Origin: Methanomassiliicoccaceae archaeon
GTDB taxonomy: Archaea > Thermoplasmatota > Thermoplasmata > Methanomassiliicoccales > Methanomassiliicoccaceae
Direction: 5' to 3'
DNA length: 64,000 nucleotides
Assembly (NCBI GenBank): GCA_040776945.1
Contig: JAXGZN010000001.1
Coordinates: 640,001-704,000, forward strand
Shown piece by piece: positions 29,356-39,237 of this stretch. How positions within the stretch are numbered: position 1 is the stretch's first letter; every line of letters begins with the position of its first letter. A program made the translations under genes and the position numbers. Under the pieces are notes generated by a model that was given only the letters and a program-made list of their open reading frames with translations, made no database searches and was not told the DNA's origin.

Positions 29356-30348
29356 ATGGCACATGTAGCATCTTGGAAGAAAGCGAAGGTCAAGGAGCTC
29401 GCCGATGTCATGGTGAAGAACCCTGTCGTCGCCATCGTCGATATCCACGGGATCCCCTCCCCGCAGATGCAGGACATGCGTCACGGGCTGAGGAAGCACG
29501 CCGCCGTCATGATGACCAGGAACAACCTGCTGCTCATCGCCATCGACGAAGCGGCCAAGGAGAGGCCCGGACTGGAGAAGCTGAAGCCGCTGGTTGCGGG
29601 GCAGTGCGCCATTGTCGCCACCCCCATGAACCCCTTCAAGCTGTACCAGCAGATGGAGGCCACCAAGTCCAAGGCCCCCGCCAAGCCGGGCGACATCGCT
29701 CCCGAGGACATCGTCGTGAAGGAGGGCGAAACGCCCTTCAAGCCCGGCCCCATCGTGGGCGAGCTGCAGAAGGCCGGTATCCCCGCTGCCATCGAGGGCG
29801 GCAAGATCGTCATCCGCAAGGAGAAGCTCCTGGTCGAGAAGGGGCACAAGGTGCCCGAAGAGCTCGCCAAGATACTCCCCAAGCTGGAGATCCTGCCCAT
29901 GATCGTCGGGATGGACCTCAGGGGCGCGTTCGAGGACGGCATCCTCTACGAGAAGGCCGTGCTTAACGTTCCCGCGGGCTACTACCCGACCATGCTGGCC
30001 ACCGCGGCCAGGAACGCAACCGCCCTAGGTGTGAGCATCGTTTACCCGACCAAGCAGACCATCGGTCCGCTCATGGGCAAGGCCTACCGCGAGGCATCCG
30101 CGCTCGGGGTCAAGGCCGCCATTCCCACCAAGGACACCATCGGTCCACTCCTGGCGAAGGCAAGGGCAGAGATGCTTGCCATCGCCTCCCGCGTGCCGGG
30201 GCTGGAGGATGACCGTATAAAGCAGCAGCTCACCGTGGCCGCTGCGCCTGCGCCTCAGGAGAAGAAGGCAGAGACGAAGGAAGAAGAGAAGAAGCCCGAG
30301 GTCACTGAAGAGGAAGCAGCAGCAGGCCTTAGCTCTCTGTTCGATTGA
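29356..30348 (+). CDS. rpl10: 50S ribosomal protein L10 (P0)
   Basis: AHVASWKK, NPFKL, PAKPGDIAP.DI, acidic tail AAAGLSSLF. Confidence 0.96.
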   Translation: MAHVASWKKAKVKELADVMVKNPVVAIVDIHGIPSPQMQDMRHGLRKHAAVMMTRNNLLLIAIDEAAKERPGLEKLKPLVAGQCAIVATPMNPFKLYQQMEATKSKAPAKPGDIAPEDIVVKEGETPFKPGPIVGELQKAGIPAAIEGGKIVIRKEKLLVEKGHKVPEELAKILPKLEILPMIVGMDLRGAFEDGILYEKAVLNVPAGYYPTMLATAARNATALGVSIVYPTKQTIGPLMGKAYREASALGVKAAIPTKDTIGPLLAKARAEMLAIASRVPGLEDDRIKQQLTVAAAPAPQEKKAETKEEEKKPEVTEEEAAAGLSSLFD

Positions 30349-30369
30349 AAAAACATTGGAGGAATAGAA

Positions 30370-30678
30370 ATGGAGTACATATACAGCGCTTTGGTCCTTC
30401 ACGCCGCTGGAAAGACCGTAGACGAGGATGCGATCGCGAACGTCCTGAAGAGCGCCGGCGTTGAGCCGGACGCCGCCAGGGTAAAGGCCCTCACCGCCTC
30501 CCTGGAAGGTGTCAACATCGACGAGGCCATCGCCTCCGCCGCCGTTGCCGCCGCTCCCGCCGCCGCGGCCCCCGCCGCTGCCCCGGCCGAGAAGAAGGCA
30601 GAGAAGAAGGAAGAAGAGAAGAAGCCCGAGGTCAGCGAGGAAGAGGCTGCCGCGGGCCTGTCCGCCCTGTTCGGCTGA
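30370..30678 (+). CDS. rpl12: 50S ribosomal protein L12 (P1)
   Basis: [11 protein letters not shown], Ala-rich hinge, [13 protein letters not shown]. Confidence 0.97.
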   Translation: MEYIYSALVLHAAGKTVDEDAIANVLKSAGVEPDAARVKALTASLEGVNIDEAIASAAVAAAPAAAAPAAAPAEKKAEKKEEEKKPEVSEEEAAAGLSALFG

Positions 30679-30750
30679 ACGAGTGGCTTCGGAGGGCTCG
30701 CCCTCCTTCCTTCGAACGGGCCTCGGCCCCCCTTCCAACCCTTTTCCCTT

Positions 30751-31098
30751 TTATTCCAATCTGCTGACGACCTGTCCCATCTCCCTCTCCAGAAGGGATG
30801 CGATGTCGCGGTCCATGCGCTTCTTGAGGTCCGGGGGCACCATGGCGATGCCCAGGTTGACGCCGCACTTACCGAGCTTCACCAGCGCGTACGCCTCGCG
30901 GGCCTTGGCGTCCATCAGCTCGGCGACCGCGGTCCGCACGTCGCTCTTAAGCTTGGGGTCCTCGTCCAGTTTCTTTCGGATGTATCGCTTGATCTCATCC
31001 TTGATCAGGTCCCTGGCCGCCTCCACTACCAGATCCTCGACCTTGACCGCTCCCAGAGGGTCCTTGATGATGGAATTTAGACCATCCTCGCCGTTCAT
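30751..31098 (-). CDS. Hypothetical helical protein
   Basis: 115-aa ORF with genome-typical codon usage. Confidence 0.65.
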   Translation of the reverse strand: MNGEDGLNSIIKDPLGAVKVEDLVVEAARDLIKDEIKRYIRKKLDEDPKLKSDVRTAVAELMDAKAREAYALVKLGKCGVNLGIAMVPPDLKKRMDRDIASLLEREMGQVVSRLE

Positions 31099-31177
31099 GA
31101 TGGTAAAGGTGAGCCCCGGCCCTATGAACTGTTCCCCATAGATTATATGTGGGCATGGGAATCCTTTGGAGACTTGC

Positions 31178-32128
31178 ATGCGTCTGTCGGACTACTATCG
31201 CTTGGCGGTGGAGGAGGCCAAGAAGGCCGACCCCCGGAGGGGGGCGGAGCTGGATTCGTTGCTGGCAAGAGCCAGGAAAAGGTACGATGGTCTCGATGCC
31301 AGGGGCCGCGATCTCTTCGACACGGACTCGCTATGGAACCCCTACGCCGACAGCCGCGTCCTTTACGATGACGGACGCGAGATAGGGTCGGTCATTTGGG
31401 GCATCGATATCACGCCGGCAGAGGCGATGCTCGCCGATCGGCTGCGGGAGAGGGGGAACAGCATCGACGCGATCATAGGCCATCACCCTCGGGGGCGTGC
31501 GCAGGCCGCGGCGTACAAGGTCGTCCCCATCCAGGAATCGATGATGTGCTCATGGGGCGTGCCCATCACCGCGGCGGAGTGCATAGTCTCTTCCCGTGCG
31601 CACGAGGTGATGTGCGCGACGCATGCCATAAACCACGCCCAGACAGTGGATGCCTGCCGTTTGCTCGACCTGCCGTTCATGTGCCTGCACCAGCCCTGCG
31701 ACCTCCTGGGACAGGAGTTCATGCAGCGGCTGATGGACGAGCGCGCCCCGGACCGCCTGGACGACCTGTTGGACGTCCTTCAGGAGGTGCCGGAGTACGA
31801 GCATGCCGTCCGCGAGTGCAACCCCCCTGAGGTATTCGCTGGCGCCCGTGACCGGCGCGCCGGCAGGATCGCGGTGAAGTTCGCTGGTGGGACCTCGGCT
31901 CCGAAGGGAATGTACGAGCAGTTGGGGCGGTCGGGAGTCGGCACCGTCATGTGCATGCACGTGCCGGAGAGCCACGTCGAGGAGGCGAGGAAGCACCACG
32001 TGAACATCGTGGTGGCCGGGCATATGGCCTCCGATTCGCTGGGCTGCAACCTGCTGGCCGACATCTTCGAGAGCAAGGGCCTGAGCATCGTCCCCTTCTC
32101 GGGGTTCCACCGGGTGAGGCGCTCATGA
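31178..32128 (+). CDS. NIF3 (NGG1p-interacting factor 3)-like protein
   Basis: NPYADSR, GIDI, GHHP, GGT, MH, AGHMASDSLG.N. Confidence 0.85.
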   Translation: MRLSDYYRLAVEEAKKADPRRGAELDSLLARARKRYDGLDARGRDLFDTDSLWNPYADSRVLYDDGREIGSVIWGIDITPAEAMLADRLRERGNSIDAIIGHHPRGRAQAAAYKVVPIQESMMCSWGVPITAAECIVSSRAHEVMCATHAINHAQTVDACRLLDLPFMCLHQPCDLLGQEFMQRLMDERAPDRLDDLLDVLQEVPEYEHAVRECNPPEVFAGARDRRAGRIAVKFAGGTSAPKGMYEQLGRSGVGTVMCMHVPESHVEEARKHHVNIVVAGHMASDSLGCNLLADIFESKGLSIVPFSGFHRVRRS

Positions 32129-33303
32129 CCTCGCAGCGCTATGACCGGGCGAGCCGCGTTCTGAAGGACCCCGCCAAGCTGTCGTTCGACTATGTGCCCG
32201 AGCGCCTGGTACACCGTGACCGGCAGATGGAGCGGCTGTGGATGCTGTTCCGCCCGGTCCTGGAGTCCAGCGTCTCGCAGACCGCCTTCCTCATCGGGAA
32301 CGTGGGCACCGGGAAGACCGCGACCAGCAAGCGCTTCTGCCTCGACCTGGTTAAGCAGGGACGAACGGAAGGTAAGGCCATCGACTTCATCGTGGTGAAC
32401 TGCCGGCAGAGGAGCACCGAGTCCGCCGTGCTGCTCCGTCTGGTCAACTACTTCGATGAAAGGTTCCCCGACCGCGGTTTCTCCACCGCGGAGATGCTGC
32501 GCACTTTGCACAAGCACCTGGAGAAGGAGAGGCTGCACCTCGTGGTCGTCCTCGATGAGGCGGACGTGCTGCTGCGCAAGGGCGCCGGGGACCTCATCTA
32601 TCACCTGTCAAGGTTCGACGAGGAGAAGGTCGGCGGCCGAGCATCAATGTCGCTGATCATGATCTCGCAGAAGTACCTGCTGGACATGCTGGACCCCGCA
32701 TCCCGCTCGACGTTCCGAAGAGCGAACGTCATCACCTTCGACAAGTACTCCGCGCCGGAGCTGAGAGACATCGTCGCCGACCGCGTGCAGCTTGCGTTCT
32801 TCCCTGGAGCGGTGCCCGACAGCTCCATCGATCTCATCGCCGACGCATCGGCGGAGATGGGGGACGCGAGGTTCGCCATCGAGATCCTGGAGAAGGCGGG
32901 CATGATGGCCGAAGAGGAGGGCAGCCCCCAGGTAACGCCGGAGAATGTGCGGGCCGCGAAGGCGCTCACCTACAACGTGGTCACCGGCACCAAGGTCGAA
33001 GAGCTGGACGTGCAAAGGAAGCTCGTCCTGCTGGCGGTCGCCCGAGCGTCCAGGGACCAAGCGTACGTGACCACTAGGGAGGTCGAGGGCGCTTACAAGA
33101 TCGCCGCCGAGGAGTATGGCGAGCGGGCCCGCGGACATACCCAGTTCTGGGCCTACCTGCAGCAGCTGGCGAACGAAGGCCTGGTAGAAACGAAGGTCAC
33201 CGGCGACCCGTCCGGCGGACGAACGACCTTCATATCTGTCCCGGACATGCCGGTGAAGGTCCTCAGGGAGATGCTGGAAAAGATGCTGGTGTCTAAAACC
33301 TAG
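32125..33303 (+). CDS. cdc6: Orc1/Cdc6 replication initiator
   Basis: DYVPERLVHR, GNVGTGKT, VLDEAD, GDARFAI, winged-helix C-terminus. Confidence 0.93.
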   Translation: MTSQRYDRASRVLKDPAKLSFDYVPERLVHRDRQMERLWMLFRPVLESSVSQTAFLIGNVGTGKTATSKRFCLDLVKQGRTEGKAIDFIVVNCRQRSTESAVLLRLVNYFDERFPDRGFSTAEMLRTLHKHLEKERLHLVVVLDEADVLLRKGAGDLIYHLSRFDEEKVGGRASMSLIMISQKYLLDMLDPASRSTFRRANVITFDKYSAPELRDIVADRVQLAFFPGAVPDSSIDLIADASAEMGDARFAIEILEKAGMMAEEEGSPQVTPENVRAAKALTYNVVTGTKVEELDVQRKLVLLAVARASRDQAYVTTREVEGAYKIAAEEYGERARGHTQFWAYLQQLANEGLVETKVTGDPSGGRTTFISVPDMPVKVLREMLEKMLVSKT

Positions 33304-33363
33304 ATGGTCCTAGGCGCATGCGTAGGATTTAATAGCCTACAGGCGCATTTGGTTTTTGTTCAT

Positions 33364-33729
33364 ATGCAAGGAAAGAAATGCTGCTGCCGGAAAAGGTGCG
33401 GACCGGGACGGCCCATGAAGCCGAGGAACATCGCTAAAGCTCCCGCGGCAACCCGCTTCGGCCCTTCGGGCGCCCAGCCCGCCTCCGCGCCCCTGATCAT
33501 GACGCTCGACGAGCTTGAGGCCTTGCGGCTGGTCGATTACGAAGGCCTCATGCAGGAGGAGGCGGCGGCGCGCATGGGGGTGTCGCGAGGCACGGTCTGG
33601 CGGTGCCTATCCAGCGCCCGGACCAAGACCGCCACCATGATGGTGGAGGCCAGGGGCCTCGAGATCTCCGACCTGAGCGCGGAACCGAAGGGTGGTGGGC
33701 CGCTCTCGCCACCGGAAGATATTAATTAG
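33364..33729 (+). CDS. DUF134 (UPF0251) HTH protein
   Basis: LDELEALRLVDYEGLMQEEAAARMGVSRGTVWR.L.SAR. Confidence 0.9.
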   Translation: MQGKKCCCRKRCGPGRPMKPRNIAKAPAATRFGPSGAQPASAPLIMTLDELEALRLVDYEGLMQEEAAARMGVSRGTVWRCLSSARTKTATMMVEARGLEISDLSAEPKGGGPLSPPEDIN

Positions 33730-33800
33730 TTTTGTTCATATGCACATTATACCCGCTGGCGGTTTCTTTCAAACTGCCGCGCGGGAAAGGAGATGAGCGC

Positions 33801-34124
33801 ATGAAGATGGCAATAACCTGCAACGGAGAGGGAGAGGACCAACCGATCGAGGAGCGCTTCGGGCGATGCTCCGTTTTCGCCCTCTATGATAGCGCCTCAG
33901 GAGCGTTGAGCTACGTCAACAACAAGGCAAAGGACGCCAGCAGCGGAGCCGGGGTCAAGGCGGCCCAGCAGCTGATCGACATGGGGGTTGAGCTGCTGAT
34001 AACCGGCCGGGTGGGGCCGGGAGCGAAGGAGGTCCTGGACGAGGGAGGAATAAGGGTGAAGGAGTGGACGGCGGGCACGGTGGGGGACGCGGTCCGCCGG
34101 TTCGGGGCCGCGGCCCCTTCATAG
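33801..34124 (+). CDS. NifB/NifX-family Fe-Mo cluster-binding protein
   Basis: ERFGRCS.F, GAGVKAAQ, ITGRVGPGA. Confidence 0.88.
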   Translation: MKMAITCNGEGEDQPIEERFGRCSVFALYDSASGALSYVNNKAKDASSGAGVKAAQQLIDMGVELLITGRVGPGAKEVLDEGGIRVKEWTAGTVGDAVRRFGAAAPS

Positions 34125-35030
34125 GCCCTTCAACCTTACGAGGCCTCCGGGCGGCGTTCTATCGAGGAGCGCCATAATGTTCTCCCAAGTGTCCCTGAGA
34201 GCTATCTCCGCGGGAGAGCCCGGGGCGTATACCGGAAGAGGCTGGCCATTGATGATGGCCTCGCCGACCAGCTCGTCGAAGGGCAACCTGCCAACTATCG
34301 TGATCTCCCTTCTAGCGCACTCCCTTTCGATGTCCTCGCTCTGGGCGGGGTTCAGGTCGTGCTTGTTTATGATGATCGCGCAGGGGATGCCAAAGTGGTC
34401 GGCTAGATCTACGACCCGTGAAAGGTCGTGCCCGCCGGAGACGGTCGGCTCGGTGACGATTATCGCCAGGTCCGTCCCGGTGATGCTGGAGATCACGGGG
34501 CATCCTGTGCCCGGCGGCCCGTCCACCAGCACAAGGCTGGCCCCCTGGAGCATTGCCTCCTCCCTCGCTACCGCTCTCACCCTCGCGGCCAGCTTCCCGG
34601 AGTTGGGCTCGCCCGGAAGCATGTCCGCGTCCACCACCGTGCCGTAAGGCGTGTCCCGCACGAATATGTCGCCGCTGACCGCTTCGCTGAGCTCGACGGC
34701 TCCCGAGGGGCAGACGATGTGGCATACCCCGCATCCCTCGCAGGCCATGCTGTCCACCTTCAGGTCCTTGATCGCTGAGAAACGGCAGTGCTCCTCGCAC
34801 TTCCCGCACCTGGAGCACCGGTCGGGGTCGATCCAGGCCTTCAGGCCCCCGATGAAAGGGGTTGATGACCGGACCTCTCCCTGCAGCAGAAGGGAGAGAT
34901 TGGAGGCATCCACATCACAATCGGCGATGACCTGCTTGCCAGCGTAGCAGGCGAAGCCCGCGGTCATGGTGGTCTTGCCCGTTCCCCCCTTGCCGCTGAG
35001 GACCACGACCTGACGGAGAGGCATGCTCAT
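34119..35030 (-). CDS. MinD-superfamily P-loop ATPase with 4Fe-4S insert
   Basis: SGKGGTGKT, DCDVD, CSRCGKC...C, CEGCGVC...CP, DGPPGTGCP. Confidence 0.9.
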   Translation of the reverse strand: MSMPLRQVVVLSGKGGTGKTTMTAGFACYAGKQVIADCDVDASNLSLLLQGEVRSSTPFIGGLKAWIDPDRCSRCGKCEEHCRFSAIKDLKVDSMACEGCGVCHIVCPSGAVELSEAVSGDIFVRDTPYGTVVDADMLPGEPNSGKLAARVRAVAREEAMLQGASLVLVDGPPGTGCPVISSITGTDLAIIVTEPTVSGGHDLSRVVDLADHFGIPCAIIINKHDLNPAQSEDIERECARREITIVGRLPFDELVGEAIINGQPLPVYAPGSPAEIALRDTWENIMALLDRTPPGGLVRLKGL

Positions 35031-35857
35031 GCCCTCACCTCCTCAAAGAGCTGGACCATGCTTTCCCGGAACCCTGGGTAGTTGTCCACCAGCACCTCCC
35101 CCCGCGAGTACAGCTCGGCGATCCGCCGATCGAACGGTATTCGCAGCAGCACTGGAATGCCGGACCTCTCGCAGAACTCCTCCAGCGGCCTGTAGGGGCC
35201 GCGGTCCCGATTGATGATTATGGCCGCGGGGATCCCCATCCTATCGAGGACTTTGGTCATTATCTTCAGGTCGTGCAGCCCGAAGGGGGTCGGTTCGGTC
35301 ACCATAAGGCACCGGTCGCACCCCTGCACGGCCTCCACCACCGGGCAGGAGGTGCCCGGGGGGCAATCGATGATAGTATGATCTCGCCCTCCGGCCAAGG
35401 CCTTGAGCTCTCGGATAATTGGCACGCTCAGCGCCTGGCCCACATCGAGCTCGCCTGAGGCAAAGGCCATCTCGCCGGCAAAGCCCTCGCTGACGGCCCC
35501 GACCCTCCGGGACTCCAGGACCAGCGCCCCGGTAGGGCATACCAGCTGGCATCCGCCGCATCCATGGCAGAGGTTGGGGATCACCTTGATCCGGTTCTTG
35601 ACCTTCACCAGGGCGCTGAAGCGGCAGGCATCTGCGCATTTGCCGCAGCCGTTGCATCGATCTATATCTATCCGGGGCGAAAGCACCCCTACCGGCCGAA
35701 CGCTGTTGATCTGAGGCCGGAGGAATATATGCGCGTTGGCCCCTTCCACATCGCAGTCCAGGAACTGGACATCTTCCTCTATGGCCAAAGCCAGGTTGAC
35801 CGCCACGGTAGTCTTGCCAGTACCTCCCTTGCCACTTGCCACCGCTATCCACAACAC
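35027..35857 (-). CDS. MinD-superfamily P-loop ATPase with 4Fe-4S insert (paralogue)
   Basis: SGKGGTGKT, CNGCGKC, CHGCGGC, DCPPGTSCP, EPTPFGLHDL. Confidence 0.9.
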   Translation of the reverse strand: MLWIAVASGKGGTGKTTVAVNLALAIEEDVQFLDCDVEGANAHIFLRPQINSVRPVGVLSPRIDIDRCNGCGKCADACRFSALVKVKNRIKVIPNLCHGCGGCQLVCPTGALVLESRRVGAVSEGFAGEMAFASGELDVGQALSVPIIRELKALAGGRDHTIIDCPPGTSCPVVEAVQGCDRCLMVTEPTPFGLHDLKIMTKVLDRMGIPAAIIINRDRGPYRPLEEFCERSGIPVLLRIPFDRRIAELYSRGEVLVDNYPGFRESMVQLFEEVRA

Positions 35858-35866
35858 ATCACCTGC

Positions 35867-36229
35867 CTAGTGGTGGCCGTGCTCCTGGCACGCGTTGTTC
35901 AGGCTGGCCGCTTCCAGCTCTCCTCTCTGCCACGCCTCGAGGGCGTCTCTTACCGTCCCACGGGCGCCGACGTAAACCTCGATGTTGAGCGACGCGAGCA
36001 TGTCCACTGCCTTGGGGCCCAGGTTGGAGCATGCCACCACGTTCACGCCGTTCTTTGCCAGCAGCTCCGGCGGGAACCCTACCCCTCCCAGATGCTCGCT
36101 GGTGTTCTTGATCGTGACCGCGGTCTTGCTCTCCGTGTCGTAGATCACATATCCGGGAGATTTGCCGAAGTGTCCGCCGACGATCTCGTCCAATCCCTTG
36201 TCGCCCATCACTGGTACCGATACTTTCAT
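35867..36229 (-). CDS. NifB/NifX-family Fe-Mo cluster-binding protein
   Basis: GHFGKSP, SEHLGG, LGPKA, C-terminal ACQEHGHH. Confidence 0.88.
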   Translation of the reverse strand: MKVSVPVMGDKGLDEIVGGHFGKSPGYVIYDTESKTAVTIKNTSEHLGGVGFPPELLAKNGVNVVACSNLGPKAVDMLASLNIEVYVGARGTVRDALEAWQRGELEAASLNNACQEHGHH

Positions 36230-36511
36230 CCTGTTCACCTGCTGTATTGTTGCCTCGCCCGATGGCGAGTTAACACCTTGAATATTGTGCATAAGCTTAA
36301 AATTATCCCCTGCTCCTTCCGCTCGCAACGTAACATTTCCGAGCGGGAGCGCGCCTTTCCTGCCGGCGGCCAAGGGCCGGAGGAACAAGGCGCGTGGTCC
36401 AATATTTGAGTTTTTAAAAAAGTATTTCACCTCATACTTAATCAATCTCTTGTCCCGTCGGCCCGTTCATGCCGATGGGGAACGCATCTTGACCATCTGC
36501 GGGGTGAGGGC

Positions 36512-37429
36512 ATGGCGCTGGAAGAGGAGCATGTTGTGAAAAGGGGGAACGCGGGACCATCGCCCTTGGCCCCTGAGGATGCCATCGACGACGCCATCTC
36601 GAGGAACGTGGTCCACTTCGACCTCACCGCTTCCCGGGCCAGGAGATGGACCTATCTTGCCCTGATCGGGCTGGTCGGCGTCGCCATCACCGTCCTGGCA
36701 TGGCAGGCTGTGTCGATGTTGGTGTACGAGATGAAAGGCATCGTGTACCCCTCGCCCTTGGACACCGTGATGAGGCTCGGGGACCTCATTGCGGGAGCGA
36801 GGCTGTACGACCACACCATCGCCGAGCACATGTTCAGCAGCCTGGCCCGGTGGGGCATCGGGTACCTGCTGGCGGCGGCCTCGGGCATCGTCATGGGCAT
36901 GCTCATGGGCTCGAGCGCGGTGATCAACGGCATAGGCATGACCCCCATGACCGTGCTGCAGCTCATCCCCGGCCTGGCGTGGATACCGATCGCCCTGCTG
37001 TTGTTCGGTCTGGGCGAGACCGCGACGATCTTCATGATATACATGACCGTGCTGCCGGCGGTGGCCATCAGCACCGCCTCCGGGATAAGGGAGGCGCCCC
37101 CCGTCTATCGCCGGGCGGCCAGCATCCTGGGGACCTCCAGAACGGGCATGTTCTTCCGAGTGCTCCTGCCGGCCGGATCGCTGCAGATGCTCAACGGCCT
37201 TCGCATCGGCCTGGCCAATGGCTGGAGGGTGCTCATCGCCGCGGAGATGATCGTAGGCGTGGGCCTCGGCCTCGGCTACGTTCTGGTGCAGTCCCGGTGG
37301 ACCTTGGACTTCGAGGCGGCCTTCGTCTCCATCCTGGTCATCTGCGGCATCGGCCTGTTCATCGAGAAGATCCTTTTCAGCGTGGCCGAGAGGCGGTTGC
37401 GCGACCGCCTGGGCCTGGAGGTCGATTGA
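36512..37429 (+). CDS. ABC transporter permease (SsuC/TauC/NitT family)
   Basis: SSLAR, QLIPGLAWIP, VLLPA, WRVLIAAEM. Confidence 0.9.
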   Translation: MALEEEHVVKRGNAGPSPLAPEDAIDDAISRNVVHFDLTASRARRWTYLALIGLVGVAITVLAWQAVSMLVYEMKGIVYPSPLDTVMRLGDLIAGARLYDHTIAEHMFSSLARWGIGYLLAAASGIVMGMLMGSSAVINGIGMTPMTVLQLIPGLAWIPIALLLFGLGETATIFMIYMTVLPAVAISTASGIREAPPVYRRAASILGTSRTGMFFRVLLPAGSLQMLNGLRIGLANGWRVLIAAEMIVGVGLGLGYVLVQSRWTLDFEAAFVSILVICGIGLFIEKILFSVAERRLRDRLGLEVD

Positions 37430-37430
37430 G

Positions 37431-38249
37431 GTGCTTCGGTTCGACAACGTCTCCAAGGCCTTCGTGGACGAGGAGAGCGGACGGGGGCTCCTGGCCCTCA
37501 GGAACGTGGACCTGTCCATCGAGGAGGGGGAGTTCATCTGCATCATCGGCCCGTCCGGCTGCGGCAAGTCGACGCTGCTGAACCTGGCGGCCGGGTTCGA
37601 GCGGCCGTCGCGAGGACGGGTCACCCTGGACGGCAAGGAGGTAGCCGGCCCGCATCCCCGCATCGGAATGGTGTTCCAGGAGCAGAGCCTGTTCCCCTGG
37701 TTGTCCGTCCTGGACAATGTGGCCTTCGGGCTGCGGAACGCAGGGATGCCGAGGGCCGAGGCAAGGTCGCGGGCCAGGGATATGCTGGAGATGGTCGACC
37801 TGGCGAGGTTCGAGCGCACGCGCCCCAGCGCCCTGTCCGGCGGCATGCGGCAGAAGGTGGCGATCGCGCGGACGCTGGTCCTTGAGCCGGAGGTGCTCCT
37901 GCTGGACGAGCCGTTCGGGGCCCTGGACGAGCAGGGCCGCAAGCACATGGACCTTGAGCTGCTCAAGCTGTGGGAGGGCGGCGGACGAACGTTCCTGTTC
38001 ATCACCCACAACATCGAGGAAGCGATCGTGCTGGGCAGCCGCATCGTGCTCATGGGGACGAACCCTGGGCACGTGAAACGCGAGTGGCGCGTCGACCTTC
38101 CGAGACCGCGGGACCTGTTCCGCGAGGACACCGTGCGATTGAGAAAGGAGATATCTCGCTCCCTGCAGGACGTGCTGGCGGAGTGCGGGTGCAAGCGGAC
38201 GGAGCTGCTGGCACCGATCGAGATCAAGGACATGGAGATAAGAACATGA
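37431..38249 (+). CDS. ABC transporter ATPase (SsuB/TauB family)
   Basis: GPSGCGKST, LSGGMRQ, LLLDEPFGALD. Confidence 0.93.
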   Translation: MLRFDNVSKAFVDEESGRGLLALRNVDLSIEEGEFICIIGPSGCGKSTLLNLAAGFERPSRGRVTLDGKEVAGPHPRIGMVFQEQSLFPWLSVLDNVAFGLRNAGMPRAEARSRARDMLEMVDLARFERTRPSALSGGMRQKVAIARTLVLEPEVLLLDEPFGALDEQGRKHMDLELLKLWEGGGRTFLFITHNIEEAIVLGSRIVLMGTNPGHVKREWRVDLPRPRDLFREDTVRLRKEISRSLQDVLAECGCKRTELLAPIEIKDMEIRT

Positions 38250-39226
38250 AAATTGGAAAAGTGGCGTTGGTAGCGGCGGTCGTTGTCGTCCTGATAGCTG
38301 CCGCGGCGGGGGCCGTGCTCGTCATGAGCGCCCCTGTGGAGAAGAAGGACATGGAACTGAGGCTCACCTACTCGAACAAGATCGACTACGAGCCGCTGAT
38401 CATCGCCCAGGAGAAGGGCTTCTTCAAGGACGAGGGGCTGAACGTGACCGCGCTCGTCGTCAGCGGGGGAATCCAGTCCGCGGAGGCCCTGGCCACCGGC
38501 TCCGCGGACATGGGGGCCATGGGCGACGCGCCGGCGGTGACGCTGATGGCCAAGAACATGGGCGCCAAGATGGTCGCCAGGTACGGCGACGGCGAGGGGC
38601 AACACCGGCTGGTGGGATGGACAGACATCGGCAGCGTGAGCGATCTCGCGGGGAAGAAGGTGGGAGTGCAGTTCGGCTCCAGCAGCCAGGGCGCGTTCCT
38701 CCGCCTGCTGGAAGCGAACGGAATCAGCGCCGGTGACGTCACCCAGGTGCCCTTGAGCCCGGCGGACATGCCCAATGCAGTGAAGACGAGGCAGGTGGAC
38801 GCGATCATCGGCAGCGAGCCATGGCCGACCAACGTGGAGAACGCCAACGGCGCGGACGTTCACGAGATCGCCAACTCCAGCGGCCTGGGCAGCACCTACC
38901 CGCTGGCGCTGATGGTCACTCAGAAGCTCATCGACGAGAGGCCGGAGGCGGTGACCGCGGCCCTGAAGGCCATCGACCGGGCCATCAAGTACATGGAGAC
39001 CGACCGCGATGCGGCCATCACCCTGTGCGCCTCGAAGATCGGAATATCGGCCGAGGACGAGAAAAAGTGCCTGACCACCGTGAGCTACGATCTGGGGCTC
39101 AACGAGACGGACATCATCAGCCTGCGCTCGGTGGGCGAGTTCCTGGCGTCCAGCGGCAAGATCGCCGCCCTGCCGGACATCGAGGCCTCCATCGACCGCA
39201 CCTACCTGGACGCGGTGAAGGACTGA
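38246..39226 (+). CDS. ABC substrate-binding protein (SsuA/TauA family)
   Basis: N-terminal membrane anchor, AQEKGFFKDEGL, DLAGKKVGV..GS, EPW. Confidence 0.88.
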   Translation: MKIGKVALVAAVVVVLIAAAAGAVLVMSAPVEKKDMELRLTYSNKIDYEPLIIAQEKGFFKDEGLNVTALVVSGGIQSAEALATGSADMGAMGDAPAVTLMAKNMGAKMVARYGDGEGQHRLVGWTDIGSVSDLAGKKVGVQFGSSSQGAFLRLLEANGISAGDVTQVPLSPADMPNAVKTRQVDAIIGSEPWPTNVENANGADVHEIANSSGLGSTYPLALMVTQKLIDERPEAVTAALKAIDRAIKYMETDRDAAITLCASKIGISAEDEKKCLTTVSYDLGLNETDIISLRSVGEFLASSGKIAALPDIEASIDRTYLDAVKD

Positions 39227-39237
39227 GCTCCGGAGGG

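Noticed and set aside
30259-30678. Near-identical 3' tails of rpl10 and rpl12
   Set aside because: The shared acidic stalk C-terminus is a well-known feature.
33304-33360. Replication origin next to cdc6
   Set aside because: The intergenic region is short and shows no ORB repeats with G-strings.
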